The translations under genes were made by a program, and so were the position numbers. From Camelus ferus (taxonomy: Eukaryota), in NCBI RefSeq assembly GCF_009834535.1, contig NC_045697.1:3474001-3538000 (forward strand): 64,000 nt of DNA. Reading direction: 5' to 3'. Of the stretch, positions 13,156-25,955 are shown piece by piece (the stretch's first letter is position 1; each line of letters starts with the position of its first letter). Below the pieces are notes generated by a model. That model saw only the letters and a program-made list of their open reading frames with translations. It was not told the origin of the DNA and made no database searches.

Positions 13156-16100
13156 CTGCTGGGTAGACTGGAGAAGCGGCTGACTGACAAATGAGTCGGA
13201 TTCAGGGGGCCCACGAGGGCGGTTCCAGGTCACTGGGGTGAAAGGGTCCTAGAAAAAGCCCTTGACGTCTAACAGGCAGCCTCCCGGGACCTGGCTCCTA
13301 CCAAGGACAACAGTGAAGCCCAAACTGGAGAATGGACGTGAGCGCGCTTTACGAACTGCGCAGGCCGGCCCAGGTGGAGCCTGGCGGCCCTACTGCCACA
13401 GCACAGGGCGTTTCTGCTGAACGCCTCCCGTCACCCCCAAGGCACGTGCTCGATCCCTGCTGGAGCAGGGGCCCAATCTCAACAGCGAGTCAGGCTGAGG
13501 AACCCAGAACGTCCAGGAGGAAGGGCCACCTCTGGCCTGCGGCCCTGGGTCCTCCCCGCTCAGGGTGTGTGTGTGCCGAGCTGGGGGCAGGTGGGCGGGA
13601 GGTGAGTCTCTCCCGCATGGCTGAACAGGACATGGACAGCTGGCAGAGGACAGGCCGCTGGGGAACTTCAGTCGGACAGTTTGTGCAGGTTCCTCCTTTC
13701 TGGGAGTCTCCCCTGCTTCCCTGAGGCCAGAGGCCCTGAGAGCAAAGGGCTGGCGAGGTCAGAGGGTGCCGGTTCCACAGGGCGGGGCCCCTGGGGCTGT
13801 CCGTGTGAGTCTGTGTGTGTGCGTACACCTGGGGGGCAGTGCCCCATCTTCCTTTTGGTCTATTTTGTATAAAGCAAGCACAGATAAAATGGTGAGATTT
13901 GATATCAGCCTAAAATATAACTTGTATGTGATTTGGACCTTTCCTGAAAACACCCCCACAGAGACAGCAGAGGTTCTGGGAACTGGTGGAGCATGTTGGG
14001 ACAGCCTCCAGGCTCCTGATAGACGCGCCCAGGGTAAGAAAATCCATCTCACTGCCAGGAAGGTCCTGGCGAGCAGCGTCTCAGTCAGGGATCCTCTGGG
14101 GCAGCCCTGGGCTGGGGCTCCAGGCTGAGGGAGTGACAGCAGTCCCCTGATGCCAGCCTGAGTAGGGACCCCAAGGAGGAGGGCCAGGCCTGGAGCGCAC
14201 TGCTGCTGGCAGCCAGCCTGGCAGCCGCATGCTCCTGGAGACGGGCAGGAGCTCGAGGTCAGCCTGGAATGGGGGCCGGTCCTGCCTCCTGCCCTTGAGA
14301 AGACACGGCCCCTTGAGCGTCTGTCCCCATCTCAGAGCCGGGCTTCTTGCCTTAGGGGGCCGGCAGGGACTGCACACCCACATCCCTAATGAGCTGCGGA
14401 GATGTGGGACAGCGGTCATGGGGATAGGTCCTCTCGGGTCCGGGCACTGTGCCCCTCAGCCTGGAGACCCCACGGGGCCTCCAGCTCCCACGGGGCCAGC
14501 CCAGGAGTCTGCTTGCTGGCAGTGGGCACAGGCGCCCCAACAGGCTGCTCAGACCGGCCTCCCCCAGACTCACCAAGCACCCCGGCGGGGATTCGCAGGG
14601 CCGCTGGGCGACTCCTGAAAAGGAGGAGGTGCACCGGGCGCTTCACCGGCAGCAGCCCGGCACCCTCGGGCGCTGAGGACACTGGGCTCCGCAGGGAGGC
14701 TCCAAGGGGGGCCGCTGACGTGGGTGGAGGATGTGGGCCTCCTCTCTGTCTGCTCTGCCAAGGCTCCAGGCCAGCGCTCACCCTGCTCGGCCCCGGCCAA
14801 CCAGGGGTAGAGGCTGCCTGCTGGGTTCCTCTCCCCAGGGGGACAGCCACTGGCGAGTGTCCCTGATGTGGCCAGCTGGCATCACACAAAGGCTCTTGCA
14901 CCCATCCAGGCCACGTCCCCGGGCACCCCAGCCCGGTCCTGTCTGTCCCTTCCTCTGCTTCAGGGGGTGACAGAAGAGGGGCTGGCCCTGAGGTGGCCCA
15001 TCCAGAGGTCAGAGACTTGAGTCTATGCCAGGAAGTCAGATGCCCCAGGACAGCCATCCCAGAAACTCAGAGTACCCAGGGGTGACTGCCTGTCCCAGGG
15101 GCCAGGTGGCACTGCTGTGGGTCACAGTGAGCTCAGGAAGGCTCAGATCCAACCCCTGTGTGGCCCAGTCCAATGCCACAGTTGCGCTGCGCCTCTCAAG
15201 GTGAGACTTGGAGAACGTCCACTTTCAAATCAAGGCTCGCTGCCTAGCCAGTGGGAGTGACATCAGAGAAGCTTCTGGGGCTGCACCTTAGCGCCTCCAG
15301 ACTTGTTGCCGCCCCTCCGTCCACCTGCTGCTAATCCCCCACTCGGACACTGCTCCACAGGCCGGAGCCCAGGTCCTCTCACCGGCCACCTGCCCTGTCC
15401 ACCTCCACGCCTCTGCACACGCGGTCCCTCCTCCATCTCCTGCTCATCCTTCAGGGCTTCAGGTAAGCATCACCTCCACCAAGAAGCGTCCCAGGCAGGG
15501 CCCGCTGCCCTGGTGCCGGGGACCCCCTTGGCCCAGCCCTGGGTCCCGGAGCTGCCGCCCCACAGGTCAGTGGGCTTCTCTTGGGCCAGGACCATGTCAG
15601 AGCCACCCGATTTCTCTCAGAAGTCCTGTGCTTGAGGGGAGTAAAGTGCCACCCACCCAGGTCAGTGTGCAGGTTTGTTTTGGGGGTATCCCCTTCACCA
15701 AGACACCCCCAGCACGCAGGCCAGCGATCCCCCGCCCTGCCCTGGAGCCCAGGCCCCTCCTGCAGAGGCCCAGCACCAGGCCGGAGCATGTGACTCAAAA
15801 CTAAAGCGCAAGGACTTTCCAGTGTCCCTTCCCGGCCTTCCTCCCTAAGCCAAGAAAGCTGAGCAAGTCAGGCAGAGACACAGAAGGAAAATGCATTTGG
15901 TGCGGCCCCTGCTGTGAGGCCCCCGCCCCAGACCCACATCTGTCATTTGCAATGACATCCATGGGGCACTGACTCACCGGTTGAAAGCTGCCTGGGGCCG
16001 GAGTGCCGCCCCTCGCCCACCCTTGGCTGGGCCTCTGCCGCCAAGGTCTGGCTCCTGTCTTTTCTGGAATAAAGTCGCCCGGCTCTAAGGCCAAACAGCA

Positions 16101-16746
16101 CTGAGAAGAGAGGCCAGAATTTGGGCCGAACAAACAGGATGCTCTGGAAGAGAAACCACCCTCCAGGAAGGGAGGTGGGGTGTGCCAAGGAAATCTGCCT
16201 GCAGGCCTACTATGTGCTACCTTTGTGGGACACCTACTGTGTGCTGAGGTCCCCAAGCCCAGTGACAACAGGTGAGAGTGTTGGTACACAGGGCACCCCA
16301 GCCAGGCCACTGGGCATCAGTTTTGTCCACCTCTGCAAACCCAGGGTTGGGAAGTCTTCTGTTTGCATCAGCAAAGGTCCAAGCATTGGCACGAATAAGA
16401 CCCGCTCCTGCTTTCCCCTTCGCATCCTGGTGGAGACGGAGCCGATGGTTCCAGAAACCAAATCCTCCTGGCAGAAGCACCTCCCATCCCTCTGCAGCCG
16501 GCTGCCCCTCTCCTACCACGGTTTCCGTCCTCCAAAGGTCCCTCCCCACCCACACACACCAGCCTATGGGTGGAAAACAAGAGTGGAAAAAAATGCATAT
16601 AAAAGGAAGATTTGTCACTTGTCCTGCATGTAAAACAGAGGCCAGCTCCTTGGTAACCTCTGATTCCCTGGGCAGAAAGGAAGTATCTCATTTGGGAATC
16701 TCCATTCTTCATTCATTCATTCACCTCACAAACACCAGTGAGCACC

Positions 16747-17111
16747 TGTGATGGGCTGAATCATGCCCCCGAAATCCACACGGTCCTAACCCCCAGCACT
16801 GCAGAAAGAGGCTGTCATTAGAGATCAGGTCTTGGAAGAGGTAATTAAGGTAAAATGAGGTCACTGGGGTGGGTCCCCATCTAATCTGACTGGGTCCTTA
16901 TAAGAAGTGGAGATTAGGACACAGACATGCACAGAGGGACGGCCACACGAGGGCACGGAGAGAAGACGGCCATCCACACCGAGGACAGAGGCCTCAGAAG
17001 AACCAGCTCGCCCTCACCTTGCTCTCAGACTCCCAGCCTCCAGGACTGTGAAACAAGTTTCTGTGTCATCCAGGCAATGCACTCTTACAGAGGCCCCGGA
17101 AAAATGACACA
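16747..17111 (+). mobile_element. MLT1A-like MaLR solo LTR
   Basis: tgtgatgggctgaat...gaggtaattaaggtaaaatgaggtca...ccttataagaag...cagcctccaggactgtga...aca. Confidence 0.85.
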
Positions 17112-17804
17112 GCGTGTTTTCCCATCTTCTGCGGGGGGGAGTGTTAAACGGAACTTTATTGGGTGTGGGGGGTTCAGAGGAGGTCCATGAGGATGCCGTC
17201 CTCCGCGACGCTGGGCTGCAGCCCGGCTGGGGACCGGACCCCAGGGCACATACCACTCTGAGGGAGGTGGGGACGTAGGCAGAGGGAAAACCAGACCCAG
17301 GGCCTGTCTGCCGCCGAGGCCACCTACGCACCCAGAGGCCGCTCTGGGCAAGGGCGAGAGATCCCACGTGGATGGCTCTGGGTAGCGCGGGGCAGCTTCA
17401 GGGGGCGGGGGTGTTGTGTTAAATGCCCTGTGCCTCGGGGCCCACCTGGAGCCTCTCTGCTGTCCCTCAAGAACCTTGAACCTCCTGGGGAAATGCCCTA
17501 TGTGTCCCAACTTTTAGGACTCACGGTCACTAAGACCCAGGAGGAACTGGTTTAGCCAGATGCAAGGCTGAAGCCAGCAGGCCCTGGCCGACTCTGGCCC
17601 AGGAGGGCGGCTCTGAGGGGCGGTCTGCAGCTGAGGGGCCTGACCGTCGGGCAGTGTCCGCGGTGGGCCAGGCTCCGGGCTTCCAGGGGCCATGATCAGC
17701 GCAGAGAGCGGGGGAGAGGAGTTGATCAGCCCCACTGTTTACTGAGAAACAAACAAGCCCCAGACTCTGAACTCCAGCTCTGCTTCTCACTAGCCACCTG
17801 TGGG

Positions 17805-17865
17805 CCTTTGAGAGTCACCTGATCCCTGGGCCTCAGCTTCCTCACCCGTAAAATGGGGTAATAAT
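17805..17865 (+). mobile_element. MIR core
   Basis: gggcctcagcttcctcacccgtaaaatggggtaataat. Confidence 0.7.
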
Positions 17866-18276
17866 GTCACTAGGGCACCAGGCGGCAGCAAGGATGAAGG
17901 GCAGGGGTCAGAGGGGCCACCCCAGGCTCTGTGTGGGCGTCTGGCTCGCTCTGCTTTCTCCCAGACACCCAGCTTCGGCTGAAGAAACGGACACTCAGAG
18001 GGATGGGGGCCCTCCTGCGGCCGCACTGCGGGGGAGGGGGGCAGAGGAGGACTGAGGTGGAGCTGAGCCGAGACAGGCCGAGGGGCGGGTGCTGCCCGGG
18101 GCCTCATGGCCTCAGCCCTCTGCGGGGCAGCTGGGCTGGTGGGTGCGGGACCCGCTGGGGTTCTTACCTGTTTGTCAGCAGAAGCCACAGGGCACAGAGC
18201 CTCCTAGAGAGCTCACAGCAAGGTGGGCCCTCGGGGCGGGGAGGCGTTCGCAGAGGAGGGGTGGTCAGCCTCACCC

Positions 18277-18390
18277 TGTCTCTCCATCTCCTCTTTCTGG
18301 CTTTCTCTCTGTCTCCCTCCTTTCTGTCTCTGTCTCTCTGTCTCTGTGTCTCTCTCTCTCCATCTCTCTGTCTCTGACTCTCTGTCTCTC
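18277..18390. repeat. (CT/CTGT)n low-complexity tract
   Basis: Directly visible. Confidence 0.85.
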
Positions 18391-19143
18391 CCTGGCTGTC
18401 ATACACAGACACATCCCTCAGGCACCTGCAGCACCAGTGGGGCCTTCGTGCTGTGTGGCAGGCCCTCAGGTGACAGGCAGAGCTCCCAAGCACAGACCGT
18501 CCACAGCCCCACAGCTGCCTCCTCACCTCCATGGCCTCAGCTCCAGCCTCGCCCCCTCCCTGCCTCACCCCCAGCCGCCTGCCTGGGCTCCCTGCCTCCA
18601 TCTGGCCTTCTCACTCCTTGCAGCCCTGGGCCTGGGCCTGGGCCTCACAAGGCTGAGCCGGCCTGCTCCTGCTCTCAGCTCCTCCATGGCTCCCACTGAC
18701 CTGGGGACAAAGCCCAACTCCCCGCAGCGATGGTTCATGCTCTGCCCAACCCAGCTTGGTCACAGGCCGCTGTGGTCACAGCTCAGCCGTCCACACCTTG
18801 GAGTTCGTCCTGCTCTGTGGTCCCACAGCTTCTGTTCCAACCGGGGTGTTGGATGTGCTGGGGCTCGGTCCCCTCACTGGCCTACACTCTAGGGCGGGGA
18901 CAGTCGGGCCTGAGGGCTGGGGAGTCCTAACGCCCGGCACTGGGCCCGCACACAGGAGTGCCCTGTGGATATCTGTGGGTGCGTGGATCTGGACACCACC
19001 TCCCCTGGTCCTATAGGGAAACTGAGGCCCAGTGTGGCCCTGGCTCTGCCTCAGAGCTCCTGCTGGTAGGTGGTGGGGCCTCCCAGCCTCCAGGACAGGC
19101 TGCCTCTTCTGCTGAAGACCTGGATCTGGGCGCCAGGTCACTG

Positions 19144-19315
19144 CATTCATTCAGTCACCCACTCATTCATTCATTCCCTCCCTCACTCATTCACTCACTC
19201 ACTCATTCCTTCATTCACTCATTCATTCACTCACTCACACGCTCACTCTGTGGCTGATGGACACCCCCAGGTGCCAGGCCCCTCCAGATGCTGGAACCAT
19301 GGACAGCAGACAGGA
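19144..19315 (-). repeat. (CATT/CACT)n expanded from an L2 tail, plus L2 remnant
   Basis: Visible repeat followed by gtgccaggcc...gatgctgg. Confidence 0.7.
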
Positions 19316-20446
19316 GCGCCCTGGCTGGCCAGGGCGCGTGCATGTGTTGTGGGAGAAGCGGCCACAGCTTGGCTCATTAAGCCGAGGCCATGCAGCTGTT
19401 GTGAGAGGGGCTCAATGGGGTGAGGGTCTCCTGACTATGACTAGCAGTGGGTGCTGGGGGACCCTCACGTGGTGTGGGAGGCCTGAGTGTGCAGGAGCAG
19501 TGAACCAGGCTGCTTCTGAGCAGGCACGACGAGGAGACAGTCTCACCTGAAGCCCGACCACTACGGGAACCCCAGGGGCCCAGGGAAGGGCCAGGGAGCA
19601 GGGGCAAGGCTGCTCCCCCGTTTCAGCTGTGGTGGAGGTGGTCCCTCCGGTTTCTCTAATCCCTCCCCTTGGCTGGGGGGTAGCACCCACCAGTGTGACT
19701 CCGTGGAACCCAACTTCACCAGTGGCTCTCACGAGCCAGATAAGACCCTCCATCAAATCCCCCAGACACAGACGAGGACCCTGAGGCCAGGGAGGGCAGC
19801 ATGCCTGAGGTCACATCCGGTCCGCAGATTCAGGACAAGAGCCCAGGTCTCGCAGCCTCCGCAGGCCCGGCCCACATCCCCCGTAGGACCCTCCATCACC
19901 GCCAACAGGAAGATGCAGCTGCCCCACACGTCCCGTGGGCCCCATTCTTTGGGTTGTTTGAAGGGTAAAAAGGAGAGCAAATGGTATTTGTTTAACTAAT
20001 TTCAAGGCTCAGGAATTTCCAGATGTTCCCCCAATTCCCACCCCTCCACAACTGGCCCCAGGTGCCTTTCTCACACACTTCCCTCTGGGGGACAGAGGGC
20101 GGCTCCCTCGGGGATCCCTGGGTGTGGTGGAATTTCTGGCTGTCAAGGGCCTCCAGGGAGAAGGCCGTCAGATTCCTGGAAAACTGGAGCAATTTTCTAG
20201 GCCAAAGACCTCCAGAGTCAACACAGAAGCCACCTGAGAAGCTTGACCTCTGGGCCCAGCTGAGGAAGAGGATGTTGGGGAGGCTCCAGGGGGCCGAGCA
20301 AGGAGCCAGCCCACCTCCTGGAGCACCAAAGGCTTCATGAGTAGAGGGATGAATCAGTGAATCAATGAACGAACAAATGACAACTTCCAACATTTACTGA
20401 ACACTGCGTCACGTACATCACCTATTGGAGCAAAACTCCATATTTC

Positions 20447-20626
20447 GAAGCCCACCTTCCACATACATGGATTAATTGACTTGGGAATTGTGCATCGATC
20501 CCTCCGTGGAAAACAGAACCTTTTCCAGGATGGGATTAACAAACAAAGAGAAGTGACCGAATCTAAGATGACAGCTGTGCACACACTGGCTGAACTTGCA
20601 GAGAGTGGCCGAACCTCTCTGAGCCT
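20447..20626 (+). repeat. 180-bp direct duplication, copy 1
   Basis: Aligns without gaps to 21625-21804, with 11 mismatches counted by eye. Confidence 0.95.
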
Positions 20627-21624
20627 TACAGCAACCTCCCAAGGGGGAATCATCACCCCGGGATGTCAGCACAGCACCACCTGGAAACTTGCCCCAGGTC
20701 ACCCATGGGTGGGCAGCAAAGCAAGGATGTGCATCTCGGTCTGTCTGTATGAGCTCTACGCGGCACTACTGTACACTTGCTGGGGAGGGGAGGGAAAGGA
20801 AGGAGGGAAGCAAAAATCTTCTTCTGAATACATGAACTTGAAGTCCAATCCTTCTCTCGGCCTGGCTGGCACCGGGCTCTGGAGCACACCTTGGCCACAT
20901 CTAGTGACTCAGGAGATGCTCTGGGCTCCAAGCAGCAGTCCTGCCTCCAGAGGACCACACCTGAGATTCTGGGTGGCTTACGCAGACACCCCGGGAGACT
21001 CACACAAAGCTGTTGGCTGTGGGACTGGCCAAAATAGCAAAAAGGAAAATAAAAGTGGGAGCAGCAAAACACAGTGTCCCTCTGAAAGGAAACAGATCAA
21101 CTGCAGCTTATCCATACAATGGAATCCCACCTGTCGACGGGGACTCATTTCACAAACACAGCGCGGAGTGAACAAAGCCAGCCGCAAGCAGAGACATCCA
21201 GCACGGACCAGTCGTGTAGATCTGGGGCACACGACATCATGGCATCCTTTATTTATGAACACAGATGGGGGCGGTGAAAGCAGGAGAACATGGATGAGAA
21301 TGGAACACTTCGGGGGGAGTGTGGAGGTCCAGTGGAGGAGCGATGCCTCCGCTGTGTCTGCAATGCTTCACTTCTTTCCACATTCTGTGACACACATACA
21401 AGACGTTAACATCCGCCTAATGTCCCTGGATAAATAGGGGTCGGTTACCTTGGTCCCATGGCCTGAACCCTTTCGTGATTGCCATGTTTTCATGTTAGGA
21501 TCCATCCCTGATGGCACCAGCAGCATCCTGGCAGGTGGCAGGAGCCGGGGTTCCTGTCCTGAGCCTGCTTCCTTGGCCACAGAGCCTGGAGGACCCCAGA
21601 CGCTGACCCTGACCGCCACGTGCT

Positions 21625-21804
21625 GAAGCCCACCTTCCGCATACGTGGATTAATTGACTTGGAAATTGTGTACTGATCCCTCCATGGAAAACAGAACCTT
21701 TTCCAGGATGGGATTAACAAACAAAGAGAAGTGACCGAATCTAAGATGATGGCTGTGGACACAATGGCTGAACTTGCAGAGAGTGGCCGAACCTCTCTGA
21801 GCCT
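21625..21804 (+). repeat. 180-bp direct duplication, copy 2 (continues into a MIR core to about 21870)
   Basis: Matches copy 1 and is followed by cagtgtgctcgtctgtggaatggg. Confidence 0.95.
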
Positions 21805-22846
21805 CAGTGTGCTCGTCTGTGGAATGGGTGAGTATGGGCACTGTGATACTGCCCCACAAGGTCACCCTGGAGCAGGAGTGATCTTATTTAAGGGGTGAGC
21901 AGCGAGCACAAGGCCCTGTGTGTCCTAACTGACCAGTAAAAGGGGAGACAAGCCATCGTGAGGGGGGTGTCTCACAAGCCAGAGCCCTGGGGACATCAGA
22001 CCCCGACAGCTCTGTCCACCCAGCAGCTGCTCTGGGGGCCCAGAAAAGGGGCCTCTCAGCCTGACACCTCCATCCAGACATGTCAGCTGCTTCACACACT
22101 CCCACCCGAGTCTTCCAAAATAGAATGAGACCCTCTCCCTGGCCTGGGAGCTGCTCGGGACAGGGCAGAGCAGCGGCCAGTGGCCCTTCAGCCAGTAGAG
22201 GAATCTGCCTCGTCTCCCCTCTAAGGAGGGGTCTTCTGGCCCCTGGTGAGCTAGGCCCGTGTCCCCCCAGCCAGGTCCAGTCTCCCAGGAGAGTTCAAGC
22301 CTGTCCAGCCCAGCCCCACCGAAGCAAGGCCCTCCTGGCCCCCCAGTGCCCTGCCAGGCCATCTGGATGGAGGAGGACAGAATGATCTGAATCAGGGAGA
22401 TTGGGCCCAGGCCTGGGAGCCTTTGCCAAGTTCCCCTCAGAGGCCAGGAGAACCCTGACCCCTGTCCGCTGGGCTGCCCTGGGATCCAAAGAGCCCAGTG
22501 TGTGGGGAGACACAGGAGGGTACAGTGTCCCCAGAGAGCCAAAGCTGCAGGGCCTGGGGACTCAGAAGGCGGCTTGCCTGGTTGGAACCTCGGCCTCAGC
22601 TGTCACTAGTTCTGTGACCAGCAAGTTCTGAAACCACACGATCTCACCTTAAGATAGAGCAGGCCCAGTGCCTCCCTCTGGGCTGGGTGGGGGGGATTAC
22701 CTGGGGGTGGACTGGGTGGGCTCTGCCTGGCACCTGGCACAGGTGGACCCCCCACCACTCTGTGGGCAGGATGGAGGGTTGGGGTCTGGGGCCCTGCAGC
22801 ATCCCCAGCTGCACCCTCAATGTCTATAAATACCAATGACAGTGGC

Positions 22847-23304
22847 TGTTATGGGTTGAACTGCTCCCTCCACCAGATTCACATATTGAAGTCCCAACCC
22901 CCAGTGCCTTAGAGTGGGGCCTTATTGGGAAACAGGGTCGTGGTAGACAGAACTGTTAAACGAGGTCCCACTGGAGCAGTGTAAGCCCTTAGTCCAACAT
23001 GACTGGTGTCCTTACGAAAAGGAGGAAATGTGGACACAGACAGGCACCCAGCAAGGAGATCGTGTGACGAGGGAGACAGAGGTCGGGGCGACGCTTCCAC
23101 CAGCTGGGGAACACCAAGGATCGCCAGCAAACCCCAGAAGCTGGGAGAGAGGCTGGGACGGCTTGTCCCTAGACCCGCCAGAAGGAACAGAACTTGCAGA
23201 CACCCTGGGCTCGGACCTTCGGCCTGCAGAACTGGGAGACCACAGACCTCTGCTGTTCAGCACCTGGTCTGGTGCTTTGTTATGCGGCCCAGGGAACTAA
23301 GCCA
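22847..23304 (+). mobile_element. MLT1C-like MaLR solo LTR
   Basis: tgttatgggttgaa...gactggtgtcctta...caccaaggatcgccagcaaacc...tttgttatgcggcccagggaactaa. Confidence 0.85.
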
Positions 23305-24019
23305 GGGAGAGGAGGCGAAAGCCGTGCAAGCTCCGAGCTGGGTTCAGGTGAGAGAAATCAGGTCCCCCTGGGGGGTGGTCACCCCACAGTCCCAGGGTGG
23401 GGTGGGTGGGAGTTGGGCCCTTCCCTCTGGGACGCTGGTGAATCACTTGGTTAGAGGAGGAAACAGGGCTCTCTTTCCCTTCCCTTCCCTTCCCTTCCCT
23501 TCCGCACCTGCCTGCATCCTGCAGCCTTCGACCCCCGGTGTGTCCCCTTCCAAGAGCCCCAGCGCTCCTCCCCAGCACCCCTCAGCCCACGTGACCGGCT
23601 GCCATGCCCCTCATGGGGGTGGCCGGCACCGTCCCAACACACCCAGGACAGTCAAATCTTTAAATCCTTCCCACGCCCACCTCACCACCAGTCCTGGCTC
23701 CTTTCCCTGGTTGCCCAGCATGTTCTCAACCTCGGAACCTCAAAGACCACCCAGAGGCTGCGACCTCAACACTTTCACCCCGGCCTGGACCTCCTTGTTG
23801 AGCCCCGATGGCCTGTCCCTCTCTCACCCTGGTCACCTCTCTTCTGAGGTCACCATTGGCCTTCCCCCAAACCACTCCCTCCTGCTGGGACAAAGGCCGG
23901 CACTCGCGGGCCCATCATGCGAGCCTGGGCCTCCCCTCGTCCCCTGCTCCCCCGTCTCACCACCTGCAGTGACAGCCGGTCCTCAGTGCCCCTCCCTCGT
24001 CCTCCTCCACACCACGCCC

Positions 24020-24665
24020 TAGATCAGGCACCTGCCCCTCACCTGGATGTCACAACAGGCCAGGCCAACAGGTCTGCCTGCCTGAAGCTCCCTCCTCCAG
24101 ACCAGCTTCCCAGGCAGTCAGGTCAGACATCAGCCTGGTCCCTGACCCCCTCTCACATTCCACATTCAAACGCGCAGTATATTCCATTGGCTCTAACTAC
24201 AAACATGCGGAATCCAGAGCCATGACCCACCCTGCCTCTTGGGCCCTCACCTGGGTCTCACCTGGATTCCTGCAGCAACCTCCAACTCCTCCTGATCAGC
24301 TCTCCCTGCTTCCATCCCCAGCCTCCTTGCTGTTCCTGCACCCGCCTGCCACAGGGCCTTTGCACAGGCCAGTCCCTCTAGAGCACACGTCCCCTGGACA
24401 CCTACCTGGCTCTTACCCAGGTTGAGTTTTCATCCAAATATTGTTGCAGGCAGACCACCCCCACTGATGATCCCACCCCCACCCCTAATTTCTCTCCCTC
24501 TCACTCACCTTCCCCATCTTATAACACCTACTTATGTATTATCATTGTTTAATTTCTCCTTCCTCCTATGAGTTCCAGGAGCACAGGGTTTCCTGTTTCA
24601 CTAATTCAAATTAGAACAGCACTCAGGACAGAGCAGGGGATCAGTAAATCACTGCTGAACACATA
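24020..24665 (+). mobile_element. L2 3' region remnant
   Basis: cctgccacagggcctttgcac and the terminal gagttccaggagcacaggg...cagtaaatcactgctgaa. Confidence 0.6.
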
Positions 24666-25556
24666 CAGGAAAGTGAAGCTAAACAGAGCCGGTGCTGGCT
24701 GCCTGCCCCTTGGAGATGGCTGTCTTTCCTCTTCTAAGAGCGAGGAGAACTCTGCCCATGTCACCTGCCTGCTCCCTTCGCCCAGGGAGATGAGATAACC
24801 TACTTCGCCTGCTGGGAGGGCCCTGCCAGCTCTCCCAGGCACTCTCCCACAGCCGCCTCCTGGGCCGGGCAGGCGAGCGGGCCTTTTTACGTTAAGACGA
24901 TCCTGGAGCTGGAGCCTGGCCTGGGAAGGCGGGGCATGCCCCGCACAGGGAGGTGCGTGGGGAAAGCACCCATGTGCGCTTTCAGATGTGCCTTTCAGAT
25001 GTGGGGAAGCTCCAGACTCGGCCGGAGGTGGCACAGGACCACCCAAGGCGCTGGGCACAGGGAGACAGTCAGCCCACGCCGGCATCCTGAACCCCAGTGG
25101 GCTCTCCGGGCTCCAGAGGCTTGTGTGTCTAAGCGCTGGACTCAGAGTCCCTGCGCCTTGGGTCTGCGCCCCTAAGTTTCCTGGCTTCTCTGGTCTCTGG
25201 TCTTAATGCCCGAATCACTGCGGGGCTACAGCTTCACAGCCTTAAGACAGGGCCCCTAAGTGGCTGGAACTGGGGGCCAGCGTGGCTGGAAGGCCCAGTG
25301 CCTCCCAGGGCTTTCGGGTTACAGGGACCAGGAACACTAAGGACTGTGTGTCCCGGAGCTGAAGTCCAAACCCTCTGAGACTTGCCTTGTGCTGAGAAGA
25401 GCTTTACAAACAGCACCCAGGGCCGGCACGTGGCAGGTGCCCCACCAACGCCCAGGTGCTTGGCCCGGACCCGAGATGCTCTCCACGCAGGGGTGGGCTC
25501 TCCGACCCAGGCTGTCCAGGTTTAAAGGTCAGGGTCAGCAGGCCAGAACCCTCTGC

Positions 25557-25955
25557 TGAGGATGGCATGAATCACATCCCCTAAACGACAGGCTTGAAGT
25601 CCTAACTCCTGGGACCTATGACTGTGACCTTATTTTGGAAATAAGATCTTTGTGGATGTAACTGGTTAAGACGAGGTCACATTGCATTAGAGTGGGCCCT
25701 AATCCAATGACTAATGTCCTTATAAGAAGAGGAAATCTGGATACAGAGAGACACAGGGAGAAGGCCACATGAAGACGGGGGCAGAGACTGGAGGGACGCT
25801 GCCCCAAGCCCAGGGACACCAAGGCTTACTGCCACCACCAGGACGAGGCAAGGGAGGAAGGGCCCTCCCCCAGAGCTCGGCCCTCCCAGCACTGTGATGT
25901 CAGACTCTGGCCTCCAGAGCTGGCATTGCCGGGGGCACAGTCTCTTCCCTCTGTT
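25557..25955 (+). mobile_element. MLT1C-like MaLR LTR
   Basis: gaagtcctaactcct...tgtgaccttattttggaaataag...gggccctaatccaatgact...ccttataagaagagg. Confidence 0.85.

Noticed and set aside
20481..21437. 318-aa ORF
   Set aside because: It has a non-ATG start, spans the duplicated unit and degenerate L1-like sequence, and has no recognisable domain.
23006..24022. 338-aa ORF
   Set aside because: It starts inside an MLT1C LTR and continues in C-rich low-complexity sequence; a chance open frame in GC-rich DNA.
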